Assembly: GCA_041740215.1 (NCBI GenBank)
Contig: JBGSMI010000065.1
Location: forward strand, 38,201 to 102,200
DNA: 64,000 bases
Source: Ferruginibacter sp.
Lineage (GTDB): Bacteria > Bacteroidota > Bacteroidia > Chitinophagales > Chitinophagaceae
Direction: 5' to 3'
The position numbers and the translations under genes were made by a program. Position 1 is the first letter of the stretch; each line of letters starts with the position of its first letter. Below are positions 1-8,376 of this stretch, piece after piece. Below the pieces are notes generated by a model. It did no database searches and was not told the DNA's origin. It saw nothing but the letters and a program-made list of their open reading frames with translations.

Positions 1-521
1 ATGATTCTTTTCGCTCCCACATCACCTTTCAATTCCAATAATGATGCAAATATAGTTTTATCAAACAATGCAGGTGTGCCCTGGTTATTTTCATAACTAC
101 TGGCAACGATCGGCTTCCCGGTTTCCTGATGCTTTATCATTAAATCGTTCAGCAGTTTTGTAGTTACATAAGGCTGGTCGCAAACCATTATGATAACTGC
201 ATTTAATTCTGGAGCCCTTTCCAGCAATTTATGAATACCGCATCGGATAGAAGATGCCATTCCTTCTTTCCATTGCTCATTCAATATTACTTCAATTGAT
301 TGGTTAGCTGTTTCCTTTATAAGGAAATTGGTATTGGCACCCAGCACAACAATAATTGATTTTGTGCCAGTATCGATAGCCACCTGTATTCCGTGCTGCA
401 ATAGTGTTTTACCCTGGTATAGTAATAACTGCTTCGGCCTTCCTAAACGGGAGGAAGCGCCGGCAGCGAGTAAAATAATTCCGTATAAAACGGGAGGCTG
501 TTTGTGGTCTTTAATGGTCAT
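1..521 (-). CDS. Molybdenum cofactor cytidylyltransferase (MocA-like nucleotidyltransferase family), 3' end runs off the window
   Basis: Not in the ORF track. My translation of the minus strand from ATG at 521 gives MTIKDHKQPPVLYGIILLAAGASSRLGRPKQLLLYQGKTLL...NEQWKEGMASSIRCG...MVCDQPYV...GTPALFDK...LKGDVGAKRI, with the MobA/MocA LAAGxSxRxG and CDQP motifs. It is divergent from a Mo-hydroxylase operon. Confidence 0.9.
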   Translation of the reverse strand, partial: MTIKDHKQPPVLYGIILLAAGASSRLGRPKQLLLYQGKTLLQHGIQVAIDTGTKSIIVVLGANTNFLIKETANQSIEVILNEQWKEGMASSIRCGIHKLLERAPELNAVIIMVCDQPYVTTKLLNDLMIKHQETGKPIVASSYENNQGTPALFDKTIFASLLELKGDVGAKRI

Positions 522-737
522 TTTTTTTATGCTTTCGAAGTTAGGCTATTTCCTAAAATCCCAAATCGATCGATTAGCATCTGGCTTTGTTGCTCTGCCA
601 GCTATTTCTAAATACCTTAGTATTTAAAATGATGGCAACTCTCCACCAACCCTGTTATTATTTTTTTTGATAAAAAAAATTCTTTCCCCTTTTTATTTAA
701 TTCCGTAATTTAAAGTTTATATCAAAAAACTTGCATT

Positions 738-1208
738 ATGCCAGCTTATAAATTGAACATCAACGGTAAAAATTATTCAATAGAGGCAGATCCAAAAATG
801 CCCCTGCTTTGGGCTATTCGGGATCTGGCAAATTTAACGGGCACCAAATACGGCTGTGGTATAGCACAATGCGGTGCCTGCACAGTTCACCTGAATGGCT
901 CACCGGTTCGTTCCTGTTCCATTCCGGTTTCGGCTGCGGCCACTCAAAAAATCACTACCATCGAAGGTCTTTCTGAAGACAATACCCATGCTATACAAAT
1001 GGCCTGGATAAAAGAGCAGGTGCCACAATGTGGTTATTGCCAGAGCGGACAAATGATGGCTGCTGCTGCTTTGCTAAAGAAAACGCCCAACCCAACAGAT
1101 AAAGATATTGACACTGCCATGCAGGGAATTCTCTGCCGCTGCGGCACTTACAATCGCATTCGGCAGGCAATTAAAACGGCTGCTGAAATGGTGGCTAAAC
1201 CGGCGTAA
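738..1208 (+). CDS. (2Fe-2S)-binding small subunit of an isoquinoline 1-oxidoreductase/aldehyde dehydrogenase-type Mo-hydroxylase (IorA/CoxS family)
   Basis: [17 protein letters not shown] and QCGYCQSGQ...CRCGTY two-cluster motifs. Confidence 0.95.
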   Translation: MPAYKLNINGKNYSIEADPKMPLLWAIRDLANLTGTKYGCGIAQCGACTVHLNGSPVRSCSIPVSAAATQKITTIEGLSEDNTHAIQMAWIKEQVPQCGYCQSGQMMAAAALLKKTPNPTDKDIDTAMQGILCRCGTYNRIRQAIKTAAEMVAKPA

Positions 1209-1227
1209 CCGTATCTAGCCGTTTTGC

Positions 1228-1258
1228 CGGTGGGTCACCCCAAAAGGGGGGCTCACCG
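1228..1258 (+). other. Intercistronic GC-rich hairpin between the IorA- and IorB-like genes
   Basis: CGGTGGGTC-A-CCCC-AAAA-GGGG-GGCTCACCG gives a 13-bp stem with G-U wobbles and one bulge; no U-tract follows. Confidence 0.6.
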
Positions 1259-1310
1259 TGAAAAATGAGTAGAATCTTTTTAAAATTATTAATGCTAAAA
1301 TCAACACAAC

Positions 1311-3476
1311 ATGAACCCAATAAATAAAAATATATCACGCAGGAAATTTGTTACGTTGTCTTCTTTATCATCTGTGGCATTTACGTTGGGCTTTTATTTT
1401 CCTGTAACTGCAAAAGGAATCGGTGAGATTTTAACTGCCCAAAATGCGGATGAAAAAGGAATTGAACTATCTGCCTGGATTTCGATTGATACCGCAGGCG
1501 TGGTTACTTTGTTGAACCACCGTTCTGAAATGGGACAGGGGGCTTTTCAAACTGTACCGCAAATAATTGCAGAAGAACTGGAGGTGGATTTGGATAAAGT
1601 GAAAATTGAATTTGCACCCGGCAATAATAAAAAATATGGTAGCCAGATTACGGGCGGAAGTTCAACTGTAAGAGGTTCTTACAAAACATTGCTGCAAACC
1701 GGAGCTACTGCCCGGGAAATGTTAATAGCGGCGGCTGCAAAACAATGGAATGTTGCAGCTAAAGATTGCTATGCTGAAAACGGAACTGTTATTCACAAGG
1801 CATCGGGTAAAAAACTGGGCTATGGTGATTTAGTAGAAGCGGCATCTAAATTACCCGTTCCTGCACATGTACCTTTAAAACAAAGAAGTCAATATAAAGT
1901 GATCGGGCAGCCATTGCCCCGGCAGGATACGCCGCTTAAAACCAATGGTAAAGCCATTTTCGGTCTGGATAAAAAAATACCGGGCATGTTGTATGCCGTG
2001 GTAGAACGCAATCCGAGATTCCAGGGAAAAGTAAAAAGCTTTGATGATACAGCCGCTAAAGCAATGCCTGGAGTAAAGCATGTGATCAAAGTGGAGATGC
2101 CGGTTTTTGGTTTTACAAGAGAGGGTGTAGCAGTTGTAGCGGACAGCTTGTGGACGGCGATGCAGGCAAGAAAAGTATTGAAAGTAGAATGGGACGATAG
2201 CGGATTTGAACACATCAGCACCGCACAATTATACGATCGCATGCGGGCCGATTTAAAGAAGCCTGCTTTGTCGCAGCGCACGGGAGGTAATTTTGAAGAT
2301 CGGTTTCAACGGGCAGAAAAAAAGCTGGAAGTGGTGTATGAAACGCCTTATGAGTCGCATAGTTGCATGGAGCCTTTAAATTGTATTGCTCATGTACAGG
2401 GCGATAAATGCGAAATATGGGGCCCAATTCAGGGACCGGATTGGATACAGGAAGATGTAGCCGGCCGTTTAAAAATACCTGCCGAAAATGTTACCGTAAA
2501 CATGACTTTTTTAGGTGGTGGATTTGGTCGCAAGGCATTTACTGATTATACTTTTGAAGCAGTGGCTATATCCAAAGCAATCAATGCGCCGGTGCAGGTG
2601 GTTTGGACGAGAGAAGATGATATGTCGCAGGGGCCATTTCGTCCGGGTGCCGTGTATGAATGCAAAGGCAGTATCAACAATGGTAGCGTAAATGCTTTTC
2701 AGGTAAAGATGGCGGCGCAAAATATGGACCAGCAGGGAGCCGGTGCAGACAGAACAAAATTCAATAGCAGCAATACGGAAGGTTTTGCTGAAGGATACTT
2801 TGAATCGATTCCGAATTATAGCTTTGGAGACGTGCCAACTGAATCGCCGATACCGGTAATGTGGTGGCGTTCGGTTTATTCTTCAACCAATGGATTTGCC
2901 TTTGAAAGTTTTATAGATGAGCTGGCGCATGCAGCCGAAAAAAATCCGTTGGAATTTAGAAGGGGACATCTTTCGGGCGAGCGTTACCAGGAAGTTTTAA
3001 ATCAACTGGAAGAAAAAACCGGCTGGAAAACAAAGGCTAAAAATGATGGTTGGGGAATTGCCATCACCGAGTGTTTTAAAAGCATAGTGGGCGAAGCGGT
3101 GAAAGTTTCCCGCAATGCGGATGGTAAATTAACAATTGATAAAGTGGTGGCAGTAATGGATTGCGGCTGGTATGTAAATCCGGATATTATAAAGGCGCAG
3201 ATTGAAGGAAGTATTGTAATGGCGCTTGGTGCGGCGGTTACACACGAAACACATTTTGACGATGGCAAAGCAGTGGAGAAAAATTTTAATACTTACCGGA
3301 TGCCAAGGATCAGCGATATTCCGCCAATCGATATTTACATAATCGACAATGATGAAAAGGCCGGTGGTGCCGGAGAACCTGCGTTGCCACCTTTTGCACC
3401 AGCATTGTGCAATGCTATTTTTGATTTAACCGGAAAAAGAATCCGGAAATTACCTTTTAAAATGGAAGAGGTGTAA
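1311..3476 (+). CDS. Molybdopterin-binding large subunit, xanthine dehydrogenase family (IorB-like), Tat-exported
   Basis: Twin-arginine signal SRRKF; RSEMGQG, TGGSSTVR, LGGGFGRK, QIEGSIV and GAGEPALPP motifs. Confidence 0.95.
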   Translation: MNPINKNISRRKFVTLSSLSSVAFTLGFYFPVTAKGIGEILTAQNADEKGIELSAWISIDTAGVVTLLNHRSEMGQGAFQTVPQIIAEELEVDLDKVKIEFAPGNNKKYGSQITGGSSTVRGSYKTLLQTGATAREMLIAAAAKQWNVAAKDCYAENGTVIHKASGKKLGYGDLVEAASKLPVPAHVPLKQRSQYKVIGQPLPRQDTPLKTNGKAIFGLDKKIPGMLYAVVERNPRFQGKVKSFDDTAAKAMPGVKHVIKVEMPVFGFTREGVAVVADSLWTAMQARKVLKVEWDDSGFEHISTAQLYDRMRADLKKPALSQRTGGNFEDRFQRAEKKLEVVYETPYESHSCMEPLNCIAHVQGDKCEIWGPIQGPDWIQEDVAGRLKIPAENVTVNMTFLGGGFGRKAFTDYTFEAVAISKAINAPVQVVWTREDDMSQGPFRPGAVYECKGSINNGSVNAFQVKMAAQNMDQQGAGADRTKFNSSNTEGFAEGYFESIPNYSFGDVPTESPIPVMWWRSVYSSTNGFAFESFIDELAHAAEKNPLEFRRGHLSGERYQEVLNQLEEKTGWKTKAKNDGWGIAITECFKSIVGEAVKVSRNADGKLTIDKVVAVMDCGWYVNPDIIKAQIEGSIVMALGAAVTHETHFDDGKAVEKNFNTYRMPRISDIPPIDIYIIDNDEKAGGAGEPALPPFAPALCNAIFDLTGKRIRKLPFKMEEV

Positions 3477-3478
3477 AG

Positions 3479-3534
3479 GATGGTTGATGGTTGATGGTTG
3501 ATGGTTGATGGTGGATGGTTGATGGTTGATGGTT
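3479..3534. repeat. Tandem heptamer repeat (GATGGTT)x8, one copy GATGGTG
   Basis: Read directly: eight consecutive 7-mers starting 3 nt after the iorB-like stop codon. Confidence 0.97.
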
Positions 3535-3597
3535 TTTTTACATTGAAGGTTATGCAATAAGTAGAATTTCGTTTTAGGCTGACTACTTAAAATTGTA

Positions 3598-4056
3598 ATG
3601 ACAAACCCGAATGAAATAAAGCAATTGGCTTGGCAACGTTTAGAAGAAGCAAAAATATTATCTTCTAGTGGTATGTGTGACGGAGCATTTTATTTGGCCG
3701 GATATAGTGTAGAACTAATGTTAAAAGCTAAAATTTGCGAAAGATTAGGAATACCTGATTTGTTTGATGAATCTGATAAGAACGCAAATGCCATAAAAGG
3801 TATTGGAGAAATAAGAAAAGCTGTAAAGACACATAATTTATTTACTTTATTGATATTTAACGGATTAAAAGTAAAATTGGATAATGATAAAGCAACCAAT
3901 ATAACATTGGCGAAAACAAACTCCTTATTATTTAGTGCTTGGGATGAATCTGCCAGATACAGGCCTTGCGGACATTTTAAACCTACTGATGTGAATATTT
4001 TAATAACTTTACTTCAAGATAAAGATGGTATAGTAAAATGGATAGAAATCAATTAG
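3598..4056 (+). CDS. HEPN domain-containing protein (putative RNase toxin)
   Basis: N-terminal helix pattern RLEEAKIL..SGMCDGAFYLAGYSVELMLKA, then KTHNL and C-terminal WDESARY, all typical of small HEPN proteins. Confidence 0.8.
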   Translation: MTNPNEIKQLAWQRLEEAKILSSSGMCDGAFYLAGYSVELMLKAKICERLGIPDLFDESDKNANAIKGIGEIRKAVKTHNLFTLLIFNGLKVKLDNDKATNITLAKTNSLLFSAWDESARYRPCGHFKPTDVNILITLLQDKDGIVKWIEIN

Positions 4057-4358
4057 AAAATAGTTTACATTCCTTTAAAGATGCATGTCAAACAAAAGGG
4101 AGGCCTTTGGCCGATATGTGTATTTTTGAAGCATATCCTGGAGATATATCTACCTCGTACATAATACAGGTAAAAGCAGATTGGGTCGAAGAAATGGATT
4201 GTTCTGTAGCCATCGGCTTTTTATTTGATACATTATGGGAAACTTCTGACGAAAATATACGAAAGCATATTTTTTCAATTGAAATTTTAGACAGTAATGA
4301 TCAACTTCATTGTTATTATGAAAACGTTCCTGAGTTAGAAAAAAATGATAGAATTTAG
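4038..4358 (+). CDS. Small acidic hypothetical protein, translationally coupled to the HEPN gene (putative antitoxin)
   Basis: 106-aa ORF overlapping the HEPN stop by 19 nt, with similar AT-rich composition. Confidence 0.7.
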   Translation: MDRNQLENSLHSFKDACQTKGRPLADMCIFEAYPGDISTSYIIQVKADWVEEMDCSVAIGFLFDTLWETSDENIRKHIFSIEILDSNDQLHCYYENVPELEKNDRI

Positions 4359-4602
4359 AGACCTTTTGCTTACTTAGGTTAGCTATATAAAATAGATTGC
4401 GTTACTAAAAGTAGCAGGAAGGGATAAAATTTTAACACGAGGAGTTTTATCAACGTGAATGTTATGGACTATATTTCAGCTCTTCAATTTTTCTTTTTTT
4501 GATTTGGCTTCACCATTCGTTTGATAGGAATATTATTATTATTATTTCTTCTACAACCCTTTAAGGAAACAGGAATCATGAAGGGCTAAAGATTATCTAT
4601 TA

Positions 4603-5007
4603 TCAAGGCTTCCGTTCTGCTTTTACTTGTTCCGGTTTAATCATCGGATACTTATTGCCCCAACTGTTGGATACATAATTCAATACGTCTGCCACTTCTC
4701 GGTCGGTTAAATTATCCATTGCTGCCATTGGTATATTGTATTGCTTGCCGTTCACCGTAATCTCTCCTTCCTGGCCGTTTAGTACAATGCCAATTGCCCG
4801 TTTTTGGTTTTTTAAATAAGTTGTTTTTGCAAGTGGTGGGCAAACAATTTCTGCTCCCTCACCGTCCGGCATGTGGCAACTTGCACAATACTGGCTGTAC
4901 ACTTCCTCACCTCTTTTCATACTTTGTTTCAACGTGTCTTCCTGAGCTAAAGCCAGCCAACATGCACCAGTTACAAAAACAATGAGCAGACTTATTTTTT
5001 TTATCAT
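4603..5007 (-). CDS. Monoheme cytochrome c
   Basis: Signal peptide, CASCH heme motif, PPLA, distal Met in YNIPMAAM. Confidence 0.92.
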   Translation of the reverse strand: MIKKISLLIVFVTGACWLALAQEDTLKQSMKRGEEVYSQYCASCHMPDGEGAEIVCPPLAKTTYLKNQKRAIGIVLNGQEGEITVNGKQYNIPMAAMDNLTDREVADVLNYVSNSWGNKYPMIKPEQVKAERKP

Positions 5008-5303
5008 AAAGTTTTTTTTAATTGTTTAAAAGGCTGAATGGAAATTAATCCATCAAACCGGTGACGAAGATAGGGAAACGACAAATGTTTTTCCGGTAGC
5101 AAAAAGCTAAATAAATTGAAATTCTTTATTCAATGCTGTTAATTTAAGGGTGGGAACACCCGCCACTTAAACTGCTCTAAACCGCATTGATTCTTTATTC
5201 CGTAAAATCAGCAGGACTGATTCAATAAGAAAAATAGACAAACCGGGAAAATGCCAGATCAACGGCATTGTAAAACTGCGATTGATGTTTTGCAGTACTG
5301 ATT

Positions 5304-6137
5304 TTAAGAGGTAATGATATTTTTTGCCTGGAAGGCTTTGATCGCTTTTTTAATACTGCGATGCTTTTTAATCAATGCCAGTGCTGCTTCATTGGAAATG
5401 CCCAACTCTTGCGTTAACATGATGACTGCCCTGTTCCATAATTTATTATTAGACAATTGCATCTCAATCATCTTGTTACCCTTTACTTTACCCAATTGAA
5501 TCATCAGCGAAGTAGAGATCATATTGAGTGCCATTTTCTGGGCTGTGCCAGCTTTCATTCTGGTGCTGCCGGTTACAAATTCAGGACCTGTTTGCAGTTC
5601 AATTGGATAGTTGGCTTCTTTGGCAATGGTACTGCCAAGGTTGCAAACAATGCAACCTGTTGCAATACATTTTTCTTTTGCATCTCTGATGCCACCCAGC
5701 ACATAAGGCGTTCCGCCGGATGCAGCTATACCAATTAAAAAATCCAGTTCGTTGATATTATGTTTGCTAAGGTCTTTCCATGCTTGTTCAGTATCGTCTT
5801 CTGCAAATTCAACTGCTTGCCGGATGGCAATGTCTCCGCCTGCTATTATACCAATCACAATGCCATGGTTCACACCGTAGGTAGGCGGAATTTCCGAAGC
5901 ATCCAACACACCCAGTCGACCACTCGTGCCAGCGCCAATGTAAAAAAGTCTACCACCGGCTTTCATTTTTGGCAATGCTGCGCTAATGAGTTGCTCAATC
6001 TGGGGCAACGATTTCTGTACGATCAGCGCAATGCTTTGATCTTCTTTATTAATAGCTGTTATCAGTTCAATGACGGATTTAGTTTCTAAATGATCATAGT
6101 TTGAAGGCGATTCCGTATTTTTCTTTTGATTCATCAT
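5304..6137 (-). CDS. murQ: N-acetylmuramic acid 6-phosphate etherase
   Basis: GAGTSGRLGVLDASEIPPTYG and GPEFVTGSTRMKAGTAQK motifs. Confidence 0.96.
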   Translation of the reverse strand: MMNQKKNTESPSNYDHLETKSVIELITAINKEDQSIALIVQKSLPQIEQLISAALPKMKAGGRLFYIGAGTSGRLGVLDASEIPPTYGVNHGIVIGIIAGGDIAIRQAVEFAEDDTEQAWKDLSKHNINELDFLIGIAASGGTPYVLGGIRDAKEKCIATGCIVCNLGSTIAKEANYPIELQTGPEFVTGSTRMKAGTAQKMALNMISTSLMIQLGKVKGNKMIEMQLSNNKLWNRAVIMLTQELGISNEAALALIKKHRSIKKAIKAFQAKNIITS

Positions 6138-6293
6138 TAAAGTTTTACATCAATATTATCGAGGGTTGTAGGCTATCTTGAGTTTTTTAATTGATACGCT
6201 TTCAGGTTTACATGATACCTGTTGTGATGTATCAAAATTGATTGACCACCTCGTATCTGCGGTATCAAAATAATTTATTTTTAAAAATAACGA

Positions 6294-7496
6294 TTATAGG
6301 GGGAAACTTATTTTACCCATACTTACAAAAGGAATATCCTTAGTGCCATTTCCAATCTTAGTTTTTCCACCAGCAACTGCTTCATTTGCCAATACTGCAA
6401 ATAGCAGCGCCTCTTTTGCATCAGGATTAATACCCAGGATATCCGTTGCTTTAAAGGTATAGCCAGGCAATTGCTCCCGGATATTTTTCATCAATAATGG
6501 ATTGTGCATTCCCCCGCCACTTGTGTAAATCACCACATCCGTTAATCCTCCTGAACAGCTTTGGATGGCATTACAAATGGTATCAGCAGAAAAGCGGTTC
6601 AAAGTGGCCATCATATCGTAATGCGAAATGGTGTCAATATTCGTTGCCAACCTTGCTTTTTCTACATAAGCAAGATTGAATAATTCCGGCCCTGTGGTTT
6701 TTGGAAATCCTTGTTGAAAAAAATCGTTTGCTTTTAACTGATCCAGTAAGGTTGCATTAACAATGCCTTTAGAAGCTACAGCAGATTGGTCATCAAAATA
6801 CTGTCCTTCAAAATTTTGTTGAATGTAGGCATCCATTAGCGTATTGCCGGTTCCGGTATCGGTACTAAAAACTTTACTGCCATCCAAATCTCCCGGCAGG
6901 TAGGTAAAGTTGGCAATACCGCCAATATTCAGCATGATCCGGTTTTCATCTTTTTTGCTAAATATCAAAAAGTCGCCATACACGGCTAGTGGAGCACCTT
7001 CGCCCCCGGCAGCAATGTGTTTCTGCCTAAAATCGCTGATGGTGGTGATACCGGTCTTTACCGCAAGGTGATCGCCATCTCCTATTTGTAAAGTTGCATT
7101 TGAAAACTTTTCATGCCCATGCAAAGATTTAGGCGCATGGTAAATTGTTTGTCCATGACTGGCTATGATATCTACTGTTGATGGATCAACCACCCATTTT
7201 GCTAAACATTTATTGATGATGTCTGCATGTTGTGTTGCAATCCATCCATTGAGTAAACATACCTTTTCAAGGTCAACGGTATGTTTGGAAAAAACAGCTT
7301 TTATTTCTTGCCTGTAGTCGTCATTATATGGCACGGTTTCAAAATGAAGTATTTTAATTTTAGTGGAGGCACCTGATCCGGAAAATTTGCAAAGTGCTAT
7401 ATCAAGCCCGTCTACGGATGTACCGCTCATTAACCCGATGATCAGCCTTTCCGGGTTTAGCCCAATCTTGAAGAGTCTATCAATATTCCAATTCAT
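6294..7496 (-). CDS. anmK: Anhydro-N-acetylmuramic acid kinase
   Basis: GLMSGTSVDGLD, SHGQT, DFRQKHIAAGGEGAPL and NIGGIAN motifs. Confidence 0.95.
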   Translation of the reverse strand: MNWNIDRLFKIGLNPERLIIGLMSGTSVDGLDIALCKFSGSGASTKIKILHFETVPYNDDYRQEIKAVFSKHTVDLEKVCLLNGWIATQHADIINKCLAKWVVDPSTVDIIASHGQTIYHAPKSLHGHEKFSNATLQIGDGDHLAVKTGITTISDFRQKHIAAGGEGAPLAVYGDFLIFSKKDENRIMLNIGGIANFTYLPGDLDGSKVFSTDTGTGNTLMDAYIQQNFEGQYFDDQSAVASKGIVNATLLDQLKANDFFQQGFPKTTGPELFNLAYVEKARLATNIDTISHYDMMATLNRFSADTICNAIQSCSGGLTDVVIYTSGGGMHNPLLMKNIREQLPGYTFKATDILGINPDAKEALLFAVLANEAVAGGKTKIGNGTKDIPFVSMGKISFPL

Positions 7497-7605
7497 ATTT
7501 GCGGCATTGTGCGGTTAATTTTATTATATGACACAAATATGCAGAAAATATTTTTATAATTTAAATTTATTTGCGTATTTATGCAGTATTAAACCTAACT
7601 GTTGT

Positions 7606-8352
7606 ATGCTTAAAAAGGAAAGACATGCGTATATCATGCATGAAATTGACATCCATAATAAGGTATTGTCTTCAGATTTATCCTTACAGCTTACCGTGTC
7701 TGAAGATACCATCCGGCGAGATTTACAGGAATTGGATGAGAAAGGTATTCTTACAAAAGTGCATGGCGGCGCTCTGTCGAAATCATTTCATTTTACCCTA
7801 CAAAACAAAACCGTATTTTCCCAACCCGAGAAAAAAATCATCGCACATAAAGCAAGAAATTTGATAAAGGATGGTATGTTGGTTTTATTATCTGGCGGCA
7901 CCACCATTATTGAATTGGTAAAATCACTACCGCCGGAATTAAATGCCACTTTTATTACTGTGAGCGTTCCAACTGCTTTAGAATTACTGGATCATCCAAA
8001 TGTGGAAGTTATTTTTATCGGCAACAAATTACTGAAGAATGCACAGATGTCGGTAGGGGCTGAAGTGGTACAAAGGCTAAGCGAAATAAAATGCGACCTA
8101 TGCTTTTTGGGTACCAACAGCATTGATGTAGAAAACGGTATCACCGATCTTGAGTTGGAAGTAATTGAGGTAAAAAGGGCGATGATCAGGAGTGCCAAGA
8201 AGGTAGTTTCGCTGGCAATATCAAAAAAGATCAATACTACGCAGCGGATGTTGGTATGTAGACTGGAGGAAGTAGATATACTTATCACAGAATTAGATCC
8301 GGCCCATGAAATTTTAAAACCCTATCATTCAACAGGAATCACCATTATTTAA
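7606..8352 (+). CDS. DeoR/GlpR family transcriptional regulator
   Basis: HTH motif VSEDTIRRDLQELD..G.LTKVHGGA plus a DeoR C-terminal sensor domain. I moved the start to ATG 7606 (MLKKERH); the ORF track starts at 7528. Confidence 0.93.
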   Translation: MLKKERHAYIMHEIDIHNKVLSSDLSLQLTVSEDTIRRDLQELDEKGILTKVHGGALSKSFHFTLQNKTVFSQPEKKIIAHKARNLIKDGMLVLLSGGTTIIELVKSLPPELNATFITVSVPTALELLDHPNVEVIFIGNKLLKNAQMSVGAEVVQRLSEIKCDLCFLGTNSIDVENGITDLELEVIEVKRAMIRSAKKVVSLAISKKINTTQRMLVCRLEEVDILITELDPAHEILKPYHSTGITII

Positions 8353-8376
8353 TATTCACCAAAAAAAAACTGCATT

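Noticed and set aside
328-627. 99-aa plus-strand ORF in the track
   Set aside because: It is the antisense shadow of the MocA-like gene on the minus strand and has no motifs
1875-3268. Several minus-strand ORFs inside the iorB-like gene
   Set aside because: Antisense to a well-supported gene, with no recognisable domains
3479-3534. Possible CRISPR array
   Set aside because: The 7-bp units have no spacers, and no cas genes are present; I saw no repeat-spacer array anywhere in the window
5150-5300. Small hairpins and a 33-codon minus-strand ORF after murQ
   Set aside because: Stems are only 4-7 bp and the peptide has no features; indistinguishable from chance
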